Part shown: positions 61,352 through 64,000 of the stretch, in pieces
Position numbering within the stretch: position 1 is the first letter of the stretch
How the letters are laid out: every line of letters begins with the position of its first letter
Assembly: GCA_963804995.1 (NCBI GenBank)
Contig: CAWDSK010000006.1
Location: 1,920,001-1,984,000, forward strand
Direction: 5' to 3'
Length of the DNA stretch: 64,000 bases
Source: an uncultured Acidobacteriota bacterium
GTDB lineage: Bacteria; Acidobacteriota; Terriglobia; UBA7540
The notes under the pieces: generated by a model
What the model saw: the letters and a program-made list of their open reading frames with translations, nothing else
What the model was told of the DNA's origin: nothing
The model's database searches: none
Position numbers and translations under genes: made by a program

Positions 61352-62101
61352 ATGTCAGGCCATTCTAAGTGGGCGACGATCAAGCACAAGAAGGGCGCAG
61401 CGGACGCGCGCCGGGGAAAGATTTTCACCAAGGTCATCAAGGAAATCACGGTGGCGGCGCGCATCGGGGGTGGCGATGTGGACACCAATCCTCGCCTGCG
61501 GACGGCGGTCAGTGCTGCCAAAGCTGAAAACATGCCCGCCGATAACATCAAGCGAGCCATTCAGAAGGGCACCGGCGAACTGCCCGGCACGACCTATGAA
61601 GAGTGCGTGTACGAGGCCTACGGGCCGGGTGGCGTGGCCATGATGTGTGAGGTCACGACCGACAACAAAAACCGCACAACGTCGGAAATCCGCCACATCT
61701 TCGCCAAGCACGGCGGGGCATTCGGGGCCTCCGTGGCGTGGATCTTTCACAAGAAGGGTTACGTGGTCGTGGAGAAAGGCAAAGCGGACGAGGAAAAGTT
61801 GCTGGAGCTGATTACCGAGGCGGGCGCTGACAACATGATCGATGACGGCAGCAACTGGGAGATTCTTTCCAGTCCGGAGAACTTCCACAACGTCGTGGAA
61901 GGCTTGAAGGCCGCGCAAATCACTCCGGCAGCAGCGGAGGTTACCATGGTGCCGCAGAACTACGTGAAGCTGACCGGCAAGCAGGCTGACCAGATGCTGC
62001 GGCTGATGGATGAATTGGAAGACCACGAAGACGTTTCGCACGTCTACGCCAACTTCGACATTGAAGAATCGGAAATGCATGCCCTGACGCAGACGAAGTG
62101 A
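61352..62101 (+). CDS. yebC: YebC/PmpR family protein
   Basis: [50 protein letters not shown]. Confidence 0.96.
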   Translation: MSGHSKWATIKHKKGAADARRGKIFTKVIKEITVAARIGGGDVDTNPRLRTAVSAAKAENMPADNIKRAIQKGTGELPGTTYEECVYEAYGPGGVAMMCEVTTDNKNRTTSEIRHIFAKHGGAFGASVAWIFHKKGYVVVEKGKADEEKLLELITEAGADNMIDDGSNWEILSSPENFHNVVEGLKAAQITPAAAEVTMVPQNYVKLTGKQADQMLRLMDELEDHEDVSHVYANFDIEESEMHALTQTK

Positions 62102-62160
62102 GGGGCGGGGCACTGAAGCCCCGGTCCTCACCTTACTGGTGAGAAATGACCTAGCCCCGA

Positions 62161-62393
62161 TGCTGTTCACTTAAGCTCTTTTAGGTGGATAGTTTCCTGT
62201 TCAATGCCAAGACCCCCTCACCCCCGGCCCCTCCCCCAAAGGGGCGAGGGGGGAGTTAATTTGAATTTACTACCCTCGCCCCTTTGGGGGAGAGGGTGGA
62301 CCGCAGCCGGCGTTTTCATCAGCCGGAGCGGGACGGGTGAGGGGGTCGCCTGGGAACAAATTGCGAAGGAACAAACCCATTAAGTGAACAGTA
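62161..62393. repeat. R1 REP doublet enclosed by inverted flanks
   Basis: Core 62212-62346 is a reverse-complement relative of 27552-27684; flanks CTGTTCACTTAA / TTAAGTGAACAG. Confidence 0.8.
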
Positions 62394-62476
62394 TTGGACC
62401 CAAAGGTGAGGGAGCGCGCCCCGCCCCAAATAGCGCGTGCGGTGGGCTCTTCACCTCACGAGGAATCAGAAGACGA

Positions 62477-63172
62477 ATGATGGGAGCAGGTAATCTTAAG
62501 ATCATCTTCAAGTTCATCCCTCGCCCGCAATCCCTATTTCTTTTGATAGTTGGAATCCTGACACTGACCCTGCGGGGGGGTGCAACCGCGCATGCGGATT
62601 CCGTGCCTTGTCTTACCTTTACCAAAATCCTGCAGGGTAGTGCTCCCGAATACATGCACCTGCGTGTGGATGCGGACGGCAAGGCGACCTACGATGGCCG
62701 CAAGCTGGCAGACCCGCCGAACCCCCGCCCGCTTGAGATTTCACGGGCCACGACCGCGCGCCTCTTTTCTCTGGCGGAGTCGTTAGGCTACTTCCGTGGT
62801 CTCACGCTGGAAAGTCGTCACAAAGTCGCGAACATGGGCCTGAAGACCCTGACCTACGAAACCGGCGGACAGGTCAGCCGGGTGGAATATAACTACACCG
62901 AGAACCGCACCGCGGACGAACTTTCCCTACTCTTTGAGAAGATCAGCGCCGTCGAGGAACACGTCGCGCAACTCGATTACGCCCTCAAATATGACCACCT
63001 GAGTTTGCCCCAGCAATTGCGCCAAATCCAGATGGAGATGGACAATAATGATTTGGCTGAGGCCCAGTTGCTTGTCCCCATACTTGAGAAGATTTCGAGC
63101 AACCCGCGCGTGCTGCACCTGGCCCAGTCCCGCGCCCAGGATATCCTGACCCGCCTCCACGCGAATAATTGA
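62477..63172 (+). CDS. Secreted hypothetical protein
   Basis: Hydrophobic N-terminus with AHA cleavage site, KVANMGLKTLTY, helical C-terminus; start uncertain. Confidence 0.7.
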   Translation: MMGAGNLKIIFKFIPRPQSLFLLIVGILTLTLRGGATAHADSVPCLTFTKILQGSAPEYMHLRVDADGKATYDGRKLADPPNPRPLEISRATTARLFSLAESLGYFRGLTLESRHKVANMGLKTLTYETGGQVSRVEYNYTENRTADELSLLFEKISAVEEHVAQLDYALKYDHLSLPQQLRQIQMEMDNNDLAEAQLLVPILEKISSNPRVLHLAQSRAQDILTRLHANN

Positions 63173-63187
63173 TGCCCGACCGCGCTA

Positions 63188-63500
63188 GTGGCACGGGCAT
63201 CCGAAGGTGTGAAAAAATGCAATTTTCACCGCAATTTCCCATGAGCCTTCGGCTCGCCACTGTACATGAAAATGTGCGAAGCACCTTGGAGTGCGGCGGC
63301 TCAACGCCGCCTTGAATTTACGCCGAGGACGATGACGAAGGCGGCGTTGAGCCGCCGCACTCCAAGGTGCCTTTGGCACGTGCATTTTCATAGCTGAGAC
63401 GCAGAGAAATGCCTCTTTGTTTTCAGACCTCTGTGCCTTCGCGCCTCTGCGGTGAAAGTTATGCGGGGATTTTTTCACACCTTCTCCCGCCCGTGCGCAC
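63188..63500. mobile_element. Multiply nested REP/MITE composite
   Basis: GTGGCACGGGCA-TCC-[GAAGGTGTGAAAAAA ... TTTTTTCACACCTTC]-TCC-CGCCCGTG containing an interrupted R2 and an inner CCTTGGAGTGCGGCGGCTCAACGCCGCC doublet. Confidence 0.8.
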
Positions 63501-63648
63501 GGCCAAGACCCCGATGCATCGGGGCAGGTCGGCCGTGCCACGCTGGGGGCCGGCCGCGCAGCTTGCAACTTTTGGTCTACCGCGTACGTCTAGCTAAGTG
63601 TACGATAGGCACTGTGGCGCCATGCAGGCGGTGGCGGGGAGGTGCCCC

Positions 63649-64000
63649 ATGAGACCGCGTCGGCGTATCTGCTTTCTCATCATCTTCGCAGGAATTCCAG
63701 CCCTCTTATCAACCCGTCTGGTCTGGACGCAGGATTCTTCTCAGGCGCGAGTTGTTCGCTTGAGTTATGTCGAAGGCGCAGTAACCGTCCAGAGGCCCGA
63801 CGTTGCAGCTTGGGCCCAGGCGCCGGTTAATACGCCGCTTGAGGAAGGCTTCAAGCTATCTACGGGGGAGAACAGTTTCGCGGAAGTGCAATTTGAAAAT
63901 GGTGGCACCCTCCGGCTGGGGCAACTCGGGTTGCTGACCATCAAGCAATTGGGCCTGACAGCGGGCGGGGGCAAGATCAACGACCTGCAACTCGAGGAAG
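63649..64000 (+). CDS. FecR-domain secreted protein (3' truncated by window)
   Basis: MRPRRRICFLIIF... ARVVRLSYVEGAV...APVNTPLEEG..LSTGENSFAEVQFENGGTLRLG; open to the window end. Confidence 0.8.
   Translation, partial: MRPRRRICFLIIFAGIPALLSTRLVWTQDSSQARVVRLSYVEGAVTVQRPDVAAWAQAPVNTPLEEGFKLSTGENSFAEVQFENGGTLRLGQLGLLTIKQLGLTAGGGKINDLQLEE

Overview
64-kb GC-rich bacterial window. The gene families (Oar-like TonB receptors, VWA protein, small Fis-type HTH, DUF5666, FecR) point to Acidobacteriota/Terriglobia (inference). Housekeeping content: 3' end of smc; purC-cvpA-fis-like; glmM; a SAM-I riboswitch-led thrC-like/metY/metX/metW/panB/thrB cluster; a GT2/ArnT-like/asnB envelope operon; ptrB; transporters; yebC. 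Accessory content: an ABC/AAA_21 ATPase + DUF4276 (TOPRIM-like) pair, and a fused restriction-modification gene followed by small HNH and HEPN-like genes. The most unusual signal is non-coding. (1) A ~1.4-1.5 kb element is present twice in inverted orientation (about 18.0-19.4 kb and 39.1-40.6 kb). It has an identical 22-bp palindrome, a conserved multi-stem hairpin and an AT-rich array of spaced CGATGTnnATGAAAA motifs. (2) Several REP/MITE-like palindrome families nest inside each other with visible 3-bp target duplications. One retains what looks like the C-terminus of an IS200/RAYT-type transposase, and one encodes the N-terminus of a protein. Several genes carry single-base frameshifts that are probably sequencing or assembly errors. 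No rRNA, tRNA, CRISPR array or intact transposase was seen. All calls were made by eye, without database searches.
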